A DNA stretch of 54,646 nucleotides. Origin: a virus. Its lineage: Duplodnaviria; Caudoviricetes. Below the pieces are notes generated by a model. That model was not told the DNA's origin and did not search any database. It was given only the letters and a program-made list of their open reading frames with translations. The stretch is taken from the IMG/VR virus record IMGVR_UViG_3300028111_000008, positions 1 through 54,646 of that record; one strand, 5' to 3'. Below, piece after piece: positions 16,652 to 27,089 of the stretch; the stretch's first letter is position 1; each line of letters starts with the position of its first letter. The position numbers and the translations under genes are program-made.

Positions 16652-18193
16652 ATGGTAGATAAACTTAATACATACCTGTCAGTTTGTGCTGGAGGGTTGA
16701 TCACTAATGTAGATCCCTTGACACAAGCTTCAAACTTATCAGGTAGCGCTATACGTATGATTAACTATGAACCTGCCTTAGCTGGTGGTTACCGTCGTAT
16801 TAGTGGTTATTCTAATGATTATGGTACTGTTCCAGGTACAGGTGCTGTACTAGGCGTAGCAGTAAATGGTAATTTAGACGATGGTATATTTGCATGTAGA
16901 AAACCTACATCAGGCCATGACTATTTATACAAGTGGCAGGACTCCAGTAATTCTTGGGTAGCTATACCTGAGGCTGGCAATCCTAGTATGACTAATGTTA
17001 GTAGAGTAAGGTTTACTAGCTTTAACTGGTCAGGTGAAGTACTACTTCTTACTGATGGTATAAACCCTGCAGCTGCATATAATGGTACTGCATACACACA
17101 GATAACACACGCACAAGCTCCAAACAACCCTAAGTATTCTGAAGAGTTTGCATCTCATTTATTTCTGTGTGGGGATTCTTCTGAGCCATACAACCTATAC
17201 TTTAGTGCTCCATTAAATTATTCTGATTTTAGCCCTGCTAATGGTGCTGGTGTTATTAATGTAGGCTATACTATAACAGCAGTTAAAAAGTTTCGTAATC
17301 AATTATATATTTTTGGTTCTAATAATATTAAAAGACTAACAGGTAATAATTCGTCTAATTTTATATTAGAAAATGTTACTTCAAATATGGGTTGCCTTGC
17401 ACCTGATTCTGTGGTAGAGTTTGGTGGTGATTTACTTTTCTTAGGACCTGATGGTATACGTCCTGTTTCTGGTACTGATAAAATTGGTGATGTTGAACTT
17501 GCTACTGTATCTAAAGAGATACAATCTATATTTGATAATTATTATCTATCAGAACAAATAGAAGATATAGCTATTGTAGTACTTAGGAAAAAGTCACAGT
17601 TTAGATTTTTCTTTAAAAACGATTCGTCTTTATCTTTGATAGGTGGTATACGTAAGAGTCAAAATAAACAAAGTATTTTTGAGTATAGTCAGCTTACTGG
17701 TATTGAAGCAAATTGTGTAGATAGTGGATACATAGGACAATTTGAACATGTGATACATGGGGATGGTTCTGGTAAAGTACACAGACAAGAAAAAGGTAAC
17801 AATTTTGGTGGTAACTCTATATTTAGTTTATATCAAACGCCTTACTACTATATGGAAGATCCAGAAATACGTAAGGTAATACATAAAGTAAACACTTATT
17901 TAAAATCAGAAGGTGATACAGAAGTTTTTGTTGGTGTATCTTATGACTACGATGACACAGGAACAAGCAATCCTACTAACTATGAGTTTACTACAGAGGG
18001 TGCGGCTTCAATTTATGGTACAGCTATATACGGAGCAGGTGGTATATATGATGGTAATCCCTCACCTAAAACACTTACAAATATATCTGGATCAGGTAAT
18101 TCTGTTTCGATAAGTTACGTTACGAATAATACAAATGCAAGTCATACTATACAGGCAGTAGCCTTGACGTATGAAAAAGCCGACAGGAGATAA
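16652..18193 (+). CDS. Tail nozzle / tubular protein B-like
   Basis: Beta-propeller-like composition, GCLAPDSV motif, gene order. Confidence 0.7.
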   Translation: MVDKLNTYLSVCAGGLITNVDPLTQASNLSGSAIRMINYEPALAGGYRRISGYSNDYGTVPGTGAVLGVAVNGNLDDGIFACRKPTSGHDYLYKWQDSSNSWVAIPEAGNPSMTNVSRVRFTSFNWSGEVLLLTDGINPAAAYNGTAYTQITHAQAPNNPKYSEEFASHLFLCGDSSEPYNLYFSAPLNYSDFSPANGAGVINVGYTITAVKKFRNQLYIFGSNNIKRLTGNNSSNFILENVTSNMGCLAPDSVVEFGGDLLFLGPDGIRPVSGTDKIGDVELATVSKEIQSIFDNYYLSEQIEDIAIVVLRKKSQFRFFFKNDSSLSLIGGIRKSQNKQSIFEYSQLTGIEANCVDSGYIGQFEHVIHGDGSGKVHRQEKGNNFGGNSIFSLYQTPYYYMEDPEIRKVIHKVNTYLKSEGDTEVFVGVSYDYDDTGTSNPTNYEFTTEGAASIYGTAIYGAGGIYDGNPSPKTLTNISGSGNSVSISYVTNNTNASHTIQAVALTYEKADRR

Positions 18194-18197
18194 TACT

Positions 18198-21100
18198 TTG
18201 GCAGGTTACGTAAGACAGTCTTCAGCAGACATAATACCAACAGCTACACTTCGTGCAGCACCTATTAACGCCGAGTACAACAAACTCCGTGATGCATTTG
18301 CAGTGTCTAGTGGACACAAACACGATGGCTCAACAGGAGAAGGTGGATACATTCCGCTTATCGGTGATGTTGATGCATTAAACAAAGTTGTTATAAACAC
18401 TGCTACTAATCAAGTAGGTGTCTTTGTAGAGGTATCTTCAGCCGCAGTAGAACAAATACGCTTCTCTGATGGGGCTATTATACCTGTAATAACTAATGAT
18501 ATAGACTTAGGTACATCTGGTTTAGAGTTTAAAGATTTATACTTAGATGGTACAGCACACATAGATACACTAGATGTAGATATTAATGGTGCAGTTGCAG
18601 GTACGTTTACTATAGGAAGTACGTTAGGTGTTACTGGAACAACTACTCTAAGCACAGCTAATATTACTACAGGTGTTATTACTTCTGTAGACATTAACTC
18701 TGGTGCTATAGATAACGTAACCATAGGTGGTACAACAGCAGGTGCTGGCTCATTTACTACACTGAGTGCTACAGGAACTGCTACTCTGGCTACTGTGGAC
18801 ATTAATGCAGGTGCTATTGATGGTACAACTATTGGTGCTTCATCAGCTTCACCTGCTACTGTAACAGACCTAACTGCTACAGGAACATCAACACTAACTA
18901 CTGTAGACATTAATGCAGGTAACATAGACAATACAGTTATAGGTGCATCAACAGCCGTTGCTGGTAGCTTTACTACAGTATCTACATCTGGTCAGGCTAC
19001 ACTAGCTACTGTAGATATAAATGGTGGTAATATTGATGGTACTATTATTGGTGCTTCTACTACAGCCGCAATAACAGGTACAACTATTACAGGCTCAAGT
19101 CTTGTAGGCCCACTTACAGGTAACGTAACAGGTAATATCACAGGTAACGTTACTGGTAATCTTACAGGCAATGTAACAGGTAATGTAACTGCAGGATCAG
19201 GTTTATCTACATTTAATAATGTAACTGTAAACGGTACACTAGATGTTACAGGTACAACTATTGCTAATGTTACTGACCCAACCAATGCTCAAGATGCAGC
19301 TACAAAGAACTATGTAGATACTGCAGATGCACTAAAGCTTAACCTGTCTGGTGGAACTATGTCAGGTGCTATTGCTATGGGCGGTAGTAAAATAACAGGT
19401 TTAGGTGCTCCAAGTGCTTCAACAGATGCCGCTACTAAGGGATATGTAGACACTGAGGTATCTGCTTTAGTTGACTCATCTCCTGATGCACTAAACACTC
19501 TTAACGAGTTAGCTGCGGCAATCAATGACGATGCAAACTTCTCAACTACTATTACTAATTCTATAGCTACTAAGTTACCTCTTGCAGGTGGGACACTAAC
19601 AGGTGACATTGTAATGGGTACTAACGCTGTAACATCTACAGCTAACCCTGCAACAAATGATGAGCTATCTCGTAAAGGTTATGTAGATGCACAAGATGCT
19701 ACTAAGTTAAACTTATCAGGTGGCACTATGTCTGGTGCTATAGCTATGGGTACAAGTAAGATAACTGGACTAGGTGATCCTACTGCTAATCAAGATGGTG
19801 CTACTAAGAACTACGTTGACACAACTGCCTTACTAAAATCAGGTGGTACTATGGCATCTGCTATAGCTATGGGTGGCAATAAGATTACTGGATTAGGTAC
19901 TCCTACTGCTAATACCGATGCGGCTACAAAAACTTATGTTGATAGTATCGCAGGTTCTAATACAGCGGCGGCGGCTAGTGCTACTCAAGCGGCTACTTCA
20001 GCTACTAATGCAGCAACATCAGCTACAAACTCAGCTAACTCAGCAACAGCTGCGGCTACCAGTGCTACTAATGCCGCTAATTCTTATGATGACTTTGACG
20101 ACAGATACTTAGGTGCTAAATCATCTGCCCCTTCAGTAGACAATGACGGTGACGCTTTAATAGCAGGTGCATTGTATTTTAACACTACAAGTAACATTAT
20201 GTTTGTTCGTAGTGGATCAGGTGGTTGGCAAGCGGCAGGTTCATCAGTTAATGGTACATCTGGTCGTAACACATATACAGCTACATCAGGACAGACTACA
20301 TTCTCTGCAACATATGATGTAGGCTACGTAGATGTATATCTTAATGGTGTAAAACTTTTAGTTGGTACAGACGTAACAGCTACAAGTGGTTCTACTGTAG
20401 TACTAAGTGCAGGTGCTACTGCTGGTGATATTATTGACATCGTAGGTTATGGTACATTCCAACTTGCAGATCACTATAGTAAGACTGCGGCAGATGCTAG
20501 GTTCTTAGGTCTAGCTGGTGGCACTATGACAGGTGACATTGATGGTAACGGCAATAAAGTTTTATTCGGTAACGTATATTCTCAATTATCAGACCTACCA
20601 AGTGCATCAACTTATCACGGTATGTTTGCTCATGTTCATGCAACAGGTAAAGGTTACTTCGCACATGCAGGTAACTGGATTCCATTAGCTAATGATACAG
20701 AAAAACTAAACTTATCTGGCGGTACTATGACAGGTAACTTAGACGTTGGTGGATCAGTTGAGTTTGATAGCTTATCTGGTACAGGCTCTGTGTCTATTAC
20801 AAACATACTTGATGAAGATAACATGGCATCTAACAGTGCAACAGCACTAGCCACACAACAGTCTATCAAAGCTTATACAGACACAGCTATTGCTAACCTT
20901 GTAGATAGCTCACCGGGTTCTCTTAATACACTTAATGAGTTAGCCGCAGCTTTAAACGATGATGCATCATTTAGTACTACTATAACAAACTCTATTGCTA
21001 CTAAACTACCACTAGCTGGTGGTACTATGACGGGTGCGCTTACAACTACTGGGCTGACTGTAAATGGTACTACACAAGTTGATAACTATGGTTCTACAAG

Positions 21101-22625
21101 CGGTAAAGGTCGCATACAATTTGGCAACTCTGGTCAAAAGTTTATTGAGGGTTTTGATACAGGTAATGCTGGTAGTGGCAGTTACTTAAAGTTTGGTAGC
21201 GGTTCAACAACTCAAATGACTTTGGACAACTCAGGCCGTGTTGGTATTGGTTGCACGCCTAGTCGAGTTTTAGATATTGCAACTACTACTGGTGGAACAA
21301 TAATCCACCTTACAGATGATGTAACAGGACACACAGCTACCGATGGTGTAGACATTCAACAGGAAGGTACTCTATTTCAAATACTTAATAGAGAAGCTGG
21401 CGATATACGCTTTGGTACAAACAATGCAGAACGTATGCGCATCACATCGTCAGGCAACGTTGGTATTGGTGAGGCAAACCCTCTTGGTAAATTGCACATA
21501 AAGGGGTCTGACACAGGTGCTACCGCATCTGCTCAAGGAAACTCTTTAGTTTTAGAAGATTCAGAGAATGGATTAAGTATTTTATCCTCTTCTGCTGGTG
21601 CAGGTTACATAAACTTTGGTGATAGTGGTGATAATAATATTGGCATGATTGTTTATGACCATTCTGCTAATGTACTTAAAACACATGTTAACGGCTCAGA
21701 ACGTATTCGCATAGACTCATCAGGCAACTTGTTGGTGGGTAAGACTACTACAGCTATTGGTACTGTAGGCACAACACTTGGTGAGTCTGGTTTTATAACT
21801 GCGACACGAAGTGGCAATCCAGTGCTTAATCTAAATCGTACAAGCAGTGATGGCCCTATAGCCGATTTCTATAGAGGTGATGTGTTAAAGGGTTCTATTA
21901 ACATTTTCTATAGCAACTTAATGATTGGTAAAGAAAGTGGTGCAAGGATAGCATTTGGTAGCACAAATATTTACTCAACTAATAATGCAGGTTCTACAGT
22001 AGATAACTCTTATGATTTAGGTTCTACAGCCTCTCGCTTCAAAGACGTATACGCTGTAAACTATCACGGCGATGGCTCTAACCTAACAGGTATTACAGAC
22101 ACAACCTACAGTGCTGGTGCTGGCCTTGATTTATCAGGTACAACTTTCAGTGTTGAAGATGATATACGAGAATATTCAGACCAAATAGTTGGGAATAATG
22201 CAAATGAATACACTAGGTGGGTAGCAGATAGAATTGAGATGGTTGTCCAAAATGGTGAGAAGATGCGTATTGAATCTGATGGTGACTGTCATGTCGATGG
22301 CAACGTCATTGCTTACTCAACAACAGTCTCTGATGAACGTCTAAAGAAAGACATCGTGAAGATAGACAATGCCTTAGATAAAGTATCACATCTAAATGGT
22401 TACACATTTGAATACTTAGCTGATGGCAAAAAGTCTGCTGGTGTTATTGCTCAAGAAGTCGAGAAGGTAATGCCAAGTGCGATTACTGAAAGCACACTTC
22501 CCCTCAAGATGGGTGAAGATGATAAGACTGAATACAAGACAGTGCAATACGATCAACTTCATGGATTAATGATTGAAGCAATCAAAGAACTTAAAGCTGA
22601 AATCGAAGAACTAAAAGCGAGATAA
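18198..22625 (+). CDS. Long tail fibre with C-terminal intramolecular chaperone (peptidase S74)
   Basis: TTG start after GGAG; IDGTTIG, TGNV and DAATKxYVD repeats; ERMRI repeats; SDERLKKDI...GVIAQEVE...LMIEAIKELK. Confidence 0.9.
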   Translation: MAGYVRQSSADIIPTATLRAAPINAEYNKLRDAFAVSSGHKHDGSTGEGGYIPLIGDVDALNKVVINTATNQVGVFVEVSSAAVEQIRFSDGAIIPVITNDIDLGTSGLEFKDLYLDGTAHIDTLDVDINGAVAGTFTIGSTLGVTGTTTLSTANITTGVITSVDINSGAIDNVTIGGTTAGAGSFTTLSATGTATLATVDINAGAIDGTTIGASSASPATVTDLTATGTSTLTTVDINAGNIDNTVIGASTAVAGSFTTVSTSGQATLATVDINGGNIDGTIIGASTTAAITGTTITGSSLVGPLTGNVTGNITGNVTGNLTGNVTGNVTAGSGLSTFNNVTVNGTLDVTGTTIANVTDPTNAQDAATKNYVDTADALKLNLSGGTMSGAIAMGGSKITGLGAPSASTDAATKGYVDTEVSALVDSSPDALNTLNELAAAINDDANFSTTITNSIATKLPLAGGTLTGDIVMGTNAVTSTANPATNDELSRKGYVDAQDATKLNLSGGTMSGAIAMGTSKITGLGDPTANQDGATKNYVDTTALLKSGGTMASAIAMGGNKITGLGTPTANTDAATKTYVDSIAGSNTAAAASATQAATSATNAATSATNSANSATAAATSATNAANSYDDFDDRYLGAKSSAPSVDNDGDALIAGALYFNTTSNIMFVRSGSGGWQAAGSSVNGTSGRNTYTATSGQTTFSATYDVGYVDVYLNGVKLLVGTDVTATSGSTVVLSAGATAGDIIDIVGYGTFQLADHYSKTAADARFLGLAGGTMTGDIDGNGNKVLFGNVYSQLSDLPSASTYHGMFAHVHATGKGYFAHAGNWIPLANDTEKLNLSGGTMTGNLDVGGSVEFDSLSGTGSVSITNILDEDNMASNSATALATQQSIKAYTDTAIANLVDSSPGSLNTLNELAAALNDDASFSTTITNSIATKLPLAGGTMTGALTTTGLTVNGTTQVDNYGSTSGKGRIQFGNSGQKFIEGFDTGNAGSGSYLKFGSGSTTQMTLDNSGRVGIGCTPSRVLDIATTTGGTIIHLTDDVTGHTATDGVDIQQEGTLFQILNREAGDIRFGTNNAERMRITSSGNVGIGEANPLGKLHIKGSDTGATASAQGNSLVLEDSENGLSILSSSAGAGYINFGDSGDNNIGMIVYDHSANVLKTHVNGSERIRIDSSGNLLVGKTTTAIGTVGTTLGESGFITATRSGNPVLNLNRTSSDGPIADFYRGDVLKGSINIFYSNLMIGKESGARIAFGSTNIYSTNNAGSTVDNSYDLGSTASRFKDVYAVNYHGDGSNLTGITDTTYSAGAGLDLSGTTFSVEDDIREYSDQIVGNNANEYTRWVADRIEMVVQNGEKMRIESDGDCHVDGNVIAYSTTVSDERLKKDIVKIDNALDKVSHLNGYTFEYLADGKKSAGVIAQEVEKVMPSAITESTLPLKMGEDDKTEYKTVQYDQLHGLMIEAIKELKAEIEELKAR

Positions 22626-22630
22626 GTTAG

Positions 22631-23740
22631 ATGGCATTACAAACTTCTGGTCAAATATCCTTAAACGATTTGCACGTTGAGGCTGGCGGTTCGTCTGGGA
22701 GCGAGTGTTCTTTTAATGACACTGATATTCGGGATATGATTGATAAAAGCTCTGGCTCACAAAGCTCAATGAGTGAGTTTTATGGGGCAACTTCTGGAAA
22801 TGAAGTAGAAGGCGCACACTTATTTGTTCAAGACCCAACAGAAAACACTGAAAGAGACATAGGCTCTAGTACCTATACATTTACAGTGCCTACTGGTGTA
22901 TTGAATATATCTGTTGTTTGTATAGGACAGGGTGCAGTTGAAACTTCTGGGACAAACAGTTTTAGAAGATACTATTATCAAAGTAACGGTGGCGGCTATG
23001 GCGGTGGCGGTTTATGTTATAAAAACAATATAGATGTTGTCGCTGGGCAGACATTTACAATAACGCTAAATAGTAGTTATGCAAGATTTTATAGGGCTGG
23101 TGTTTGTGATGTAAGAGGCAATGCTGGTAATTTAAAAAATGGTGGCACTTTCTCAGGAGGAGACGGCGGCGGAAATGGCGGAAACGGCGGCTCCAATAAT
23201 GCTGGCTCTAATAATGATGTGACTTTTTATGTAGGATCAGGCGGCGGTGGTGCTGGAGGATACGGCGGATCGGGCGGTGCAGGTGGTTCGGCTTATGCTC
23301 CGCCTAATTCTGGACGGAGTGGTGCTAATGGCTCAAATGGTGGCGGAGGTGGCGGAGGTAACATGTGGACTGATCAGCAAGGCTCTGGTTATGGTGGCGG
23401 TCACTACGGCGGTGGTACTGCGCCCTTTGGTCAAGGTTCGAATGGATCGGGTGGGTCTGGTGATACCAACAGTAGTAGTATCAACAACGGTACACAAGGA
23501 GGAGGTGGCTCTGGTAACACCTCAAACTTCCCATCTACAAGTGAAAGCAATGGTAATAGGGTTTTCTTTGGCGCAGGACATTTTGTTGGTTATGCAGATA
23601 TTGCCCCCGGAAGTTCTTTACCAAACCCTGCGGCAAGAAACACCGTTCGAGGATGTGTTCGTGTTGTTTGGGGTTTGGGGAGTGGACAAGCATTCCCATC
23701 AACTGATGTAGCATATAGAGATGGGGAGAGTACAAACTAA
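22631..23740 (+). CDS. Glycine-rich putative receptor-binding adhesin
   Basis: MALQTSGQISLNDL N-terminus; FTVPTGV...; polyglycine stretches; follows the S74 fibre. Confidence 0.7.
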   Translation: MALQTSGQISLNDLHVEAGGSSGSECSFNDTDIRDMIDKSSGSQSSMSEFYGATSGNEVEGAHLFVQDPTENTERDIGSSTYTFTVPTGVLNISVVCIGQGAVETSGTNSFRRYYYQSNGGGYGGGGLCYKNNIDVVAGQTFTITLNSSYARFYRAGVCDVRGNAGNLKNGGTFSGGDGGGNGGNGGSNNAGSNNDVTFYVGSGGGGAGGYGGSGGAGGSAYAPPNSGRSGANGSNGGGGGGGNMWTDQQGSGYGGGHYGGGTAPFGQGSNGSGGSGDTNSSSINNGTQGGGGSGNTSNFPSTSESNGNRVFFGAGHFVGYADIAPGSSLPNPAARNTVRGCVRVVWGLGSGQAFPSTDVAYRDGESTN

Positions 23741-23928
23741 TGTATACCGATGCAGAAAATCAAGTAATAGAATTAATTCGTGTTAAAAGAGATAAAATAT
23801 TAGAAGAGACAAGTGGCTGGGAAGGATCGGGAACTAATGAGCAATTAGCTTACCGCCAAGCTATTGCAGATATTGAAGATCAGTCTGAGTTTCCTTTTAA
23901 TGTAACATGGCCTACAAAGCCTACCTAA
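23740..23928 (+). CDS. Tail fibre assembly chaperone
   Basis: IRVKRDKILEET...YRQAIADI...WPTKP. Confidence 0.85.
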   Translation: MYTDAENQVIELIRVKRDKILEETSGWEGSGTNEQLAYRQAIADIEDQSEFPFNVTWPTKPT

Positions 23929-24016
23929 AAGAATTTACTTACCTAAACTTTAGCTAAGTAATAAACCCAAGATAATTTTGTCTTGGTAACCTTAACCAAA
24001 ACTAAAGGAGTTTATA

Positions 24017-24241
24017 ATGGGAAAAACAGAAAAAAACCCAACTATAACTATCAATGATAAAGAATACGATATTGAGAGTATGACTGATCAGCAAAAGATT
24101 ATGATCAACCATATTGCCGACTTAGATCGAAAGATTTCTACAACGCAATTTAACCTAGACCAAATAAGTATTGGTAGAGAAGCTTTCGTCAATAGGCTTA
24201 CAGCTTCCTTGGAAGAACCAGCCGTAGAAGAAGCAGCATAA
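24017..24241 (+). CDS. Small conserved tail-module hypothetical protein
   Basis: TITINDKEYDIESMTD followed by coiled coil; AAGGAG RBS. Confidence 0.75.
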   Translation: MGKTEKNPTITINDKEYDIESMTDQQKIMINHIADLDRKISTTQFNLDQISIGREAFVNRLTASLEEPAVEEAA

Positions 24242-24267
24242 ATTATATAATATAAAAAGGATGAGCC

Positions 24268-26478
24268 ATGAGTAAGGCAAGAGACTTAGCAGACAGTGCA
24301 CAAGAGATAAACATTTTAGATGGTAAGAGTTTCCTTGACGAGGATAACCTTGCCAGTGACTCTGCTACTGGTATTGCTAGTCAGCAGTCTATCAAAGCAT
24401 ATGTAGATGGTATCACTACAACTAACATCACCTCTACAGGTGCATTGAATAGTGGTAGCATAACGTCAGGTTTTGGTAACATAGACAATGGCTCATCTAC
24501 TATAACAACTACAGGTGCTATCTCAGGTGGTAGCTTCGTAATAGGTAGTGCTGATATTAATGAGAGTGATTTAGAGAGTATTGATGGTATTACCGCAGGT
24601 ACAGTATCAGCATCTAAAGCTGTCGTAGTTAATACAAACAAAGATATAACAGGCTTCCGTAACATAACAGCTACAGGTACTATCAGTGGTTCACTTAGTG
24701 GTACACTTAGCGGTTCTCTATCATCTACTACTACAGCAACAACACAAGCTGAATCAGATGATAGTACTAAGATAGCTACAACAGCTTACGTTACAGATAA
24801 GATTACAACACTTATTGGTGGCGCACCAAGCACACTCAATGACTTGAATGAGTTAGCTGCGGCTATTAATGATGATGCTAACTATAACACTACACTCACA
24901 ACAGCATTGGCTACTAAGTTACCTTTAGCTGGTGGCACTATGACAGGCGATGTCCTGTATAATGATAGTGTCAAAGCTAAGTTTGGTGCTGGGTCTGACC
25001 TACAGATTTACCATGATGGGTCTAATAGTTATATCAACGATACTGGCACAGGAAAGTTACGGATTGGTGGCGATACAAGTGTAAGCATTACTAATTCAGA
25101 TAACACTGTTTCATATGCAGTCTTTAACGATGCAAATGCTGTTAAGCTGTATTACAACGATGCTAAAAAGTTTGAGACAACATCTACGGGCGTATCTATA
25201 ACAGGTGGTGCTTCAGTATCAGGTGACATTACACAAACAGATGGCGATTTAATCTATAGCGGCAATATAAACTGGGACATATCCCATACTGTAGCCTCTC
25301 AAAATATAGTGATTAAAACAACACCATCAGGCGGTTCTCCTACAGAAGCCATGCGCATCGACTCATCAGGCAACGTGTTGGTAGGTACTACTGATAATAA
25401 CGTTACCAACAACTCAGGCAATAACCCCGGTATAAATATCGGTGTCGCAGGTATTAAAGGGTATATGTCTTCTGCACGTTATCAAGGGCCACCTCTTTCT
25501 ATTAATCGTTTAGGCAACGATGGGGACATTCAATTATTTTCTAAAGACGGCGCAACTGTAGGTAGTATTGGTGTTAATACAGATAGACTATACCTAAGTA
25601 CAGCTACTCGTGGCATTGCGGTAGATGAAAGTGGTGGAACTTTACTACCTGTAAATGGGGCTGGTGCTAATAATGACAACAGTTTAAATTTGGGTGCGTC
25701 TTCGGTTCGCTGGAAAGACCTTCACCTATCAGGCAACATAAGTGTTGGCGGTACAGTAGACGGACGTGATGTAGCATCAGATGGTTCTAAGCTTGATGGT
25801 GTGGCTACTAATGCTAACAACTATTCACACCCAACAGGTAATGGTAATAACCATATCCCTAGTGGCGGCTCTACAGACCAAATACTTAAATATGCATCTG
25901 CTGGCACTGCACAATGGGCAGACGCTAGTGGTGGCTCAAGAGTATTGTTAAGCAGGTCGGTTATGAACAACACTTCATCTTATGTTTTTACAGGAGTTGA
26001 TAGCACTAAGTATGATAGTTACTATATTGAGTTTAATGGCATAGTCTGTACCCAAGACTCAAAAGATTTTTTAATGAAATTTAGTGACAACGGCGGTAGT
26101 TCTTACAAAGGCTATGGGGATGTACGAGGAACTCTCTTTTACCATAAGGGTGGCTCTCAGTTGAGCGACACTTGGAACGAAGATATGAGAATAAGTAGAC
26201 AACAAGGCTTTACTACTTCAGGAAACTTTGGAGCTAATGTGAGTGGATATGTAATGATAATGAATGCACATGGTGGAAATACAGTAACCACCCAAGCGAT
26301 GGGGTCTGCTACATATAGGGCATACAGCAATGAACAGGTAGTAACTTTGTATTCTTGCGGAACTGCTGAAGAGAGTTATTCAAGAAATATTTGGACTGAT
26401 TGGAATGCATTCAAGCTACAGTTTGATAATGGTAATATGCAAAAAGGTACAATTTCAGCTTTTGGTATACTCAAATAA
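24268..26478 (+). CDS. Second tail fibre or virion appendage protein
   Basis: MSKARDLAD N-terminus; shares LDEDN..QQSIKAY and LNELAAAINDD..KLPLAGG modules with the first fibre; DLQIYHDGSNSYI. Confidence 0.85.
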   Translation: MSKARDLADSAQEINILDGKSFLDEDNLASDSATGIASQQSIKAYVDGITTTNITSTGALNSGSITSGFGNIDNGSSTITTTGAISGGSFVIGSADINESDLESIDGITAGTVSASKAVVVNTNKDITGFRNITATGTISGSLSGTLSGSLSSTTTATTQAESDDSTKIATTAYVTDKITTLIGGAPSTLNDLNELAAAINDDANYNTTLTTALATKLPLAGGTMTGDVLYNDSVKAKFGAGSDLQIYHDGSNSYINDTGTGKLRIGGDTSVSITNSDNTVSYAVFNDANAVKLYYNDAKKFETTSTGVSITGGASVSGDITQTDGDLIYSGNINWDISHTVASQNIVIKTTPSGGSPTEAMRIDSSGNVLVGTTDNNVTNNSGNNPGINIGVAGIKGYMSSARYQGPPLSINRLGNDGDIQLFSKDGATVGSIGVNTDRLYLSTATRGIAVDESGGTLLPVNGAGANNDNSLNLGASSVRWKDLHLSGNISVGGTVDGRDVASDGSKLDGVATNANNYSHPTGNGNNHIPSGGSTDQILKYASAGTAQWADASGGSRVLLSRSVMNNTSSYVFTGVDSTKYDSYYIEFNGIVCTQDSKDFLMKFSDNGGSSYKGYGDVRGTLFYHKGGSQLSDTWNEDMRISRQQGFTTSGNFGANVSGYVMIMNAHGGNTVTTQAMGSATYRAYSNEQVVTLYSCGTAEESYSRNIWTDWNAFKLQFDNGNMQKGTISAFGILK

Positions 26479-26492
26479 AAAAGGTAACGACG

Positions 26493-26783
26493 ATGTCAAA
26501 TCACAAAATAGTAGACGGAATAACAATACAGCTTACTGAAGAAGAAGAAATCCAACTAGCGGCAGAACGGGCGGCACAAGAGGCTAAAGCTCCAGAATAC
26601 GCAAGAAAAGTACGTGATGACTTACTCTTATCAGATGTAGACCCTATTGTATCTAATGCTTTACGTTGGAACGAAATGTCAGAAGATAAACGAACGGAGT
26701 GGACTAATTATCGTCAAGCTCTGTTAGATATAGAAGACTTAGATGGCTATCCAGATAATATAACATGGCCTACTAAACCATGA
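26493..26783 (+). CDS. Tail fibre assembly chaperone
   Basis: RKVRDDLL...WTNYRQALLDI...WPTKP. Confidence 0.85.
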   Translation: MSNHKIVDGITIQLTEEEEIQLAAERAAQEAKAPEYARKVRDDLLLSDVDPIVSNALRWNEMSEDKRTEWTNYRQALLDIEDLDGYPDNITWPTKP

Positions 26784-26829
26784 CCGAGAGTTGGCACTTA
26801 TCTAAGTCAGTATAAGGAATGCAAAATCA

Positions 26830-27087
26830 ATGACTGAGATTAACTTGACACCACAGGAGTTAGAGTCTATGCTAGATCGTGCAGCTAAGCGCGGAGCTAA
26901 GCAAGCTTTGTCGTCTATCGGATTACATGATGCGACAGCAGCTAAAGATATAAACGAAATGAGAGATTTACTTGACGTATGGCGCGATACACGCAGAGGT
27001 ATTTGGTCTACTGTGGTCAAGGTAACAACAATAGCTATTTTAACATTCATTGCTGGTGCAGTGTGGATGCAGTTAGGGAATAAATAA
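26830..27087 (+). CDS. DUF6127-like membrane protein (possible holin)
   Basis: AAKRGAKQALSSIGLHD...DINEMRDLLDVWR with a C-terminal transmembrane helix. Confidence 0.65.
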   Translation: MTEINLTPQELESMLDRAAKRGAKQALSSIGLHDATAAKDINEMRDLLDVWRDTRRGIWSTVVKVTTIAILTFIAGAVWMQLGNK

Positions 27088-27089
27088 TT

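Noticed and set aside
18206-20869. Many antisense ORFs in the tail fibre (also in RNR, polymerase and portal)
   Set aside because: Shadow frames produced by codon bias and repeats of the real genes.
23967-23986. Small hairpin upstream of ORF 24017
   Set aside because: Short stem without a U-tract; no function can be supported.
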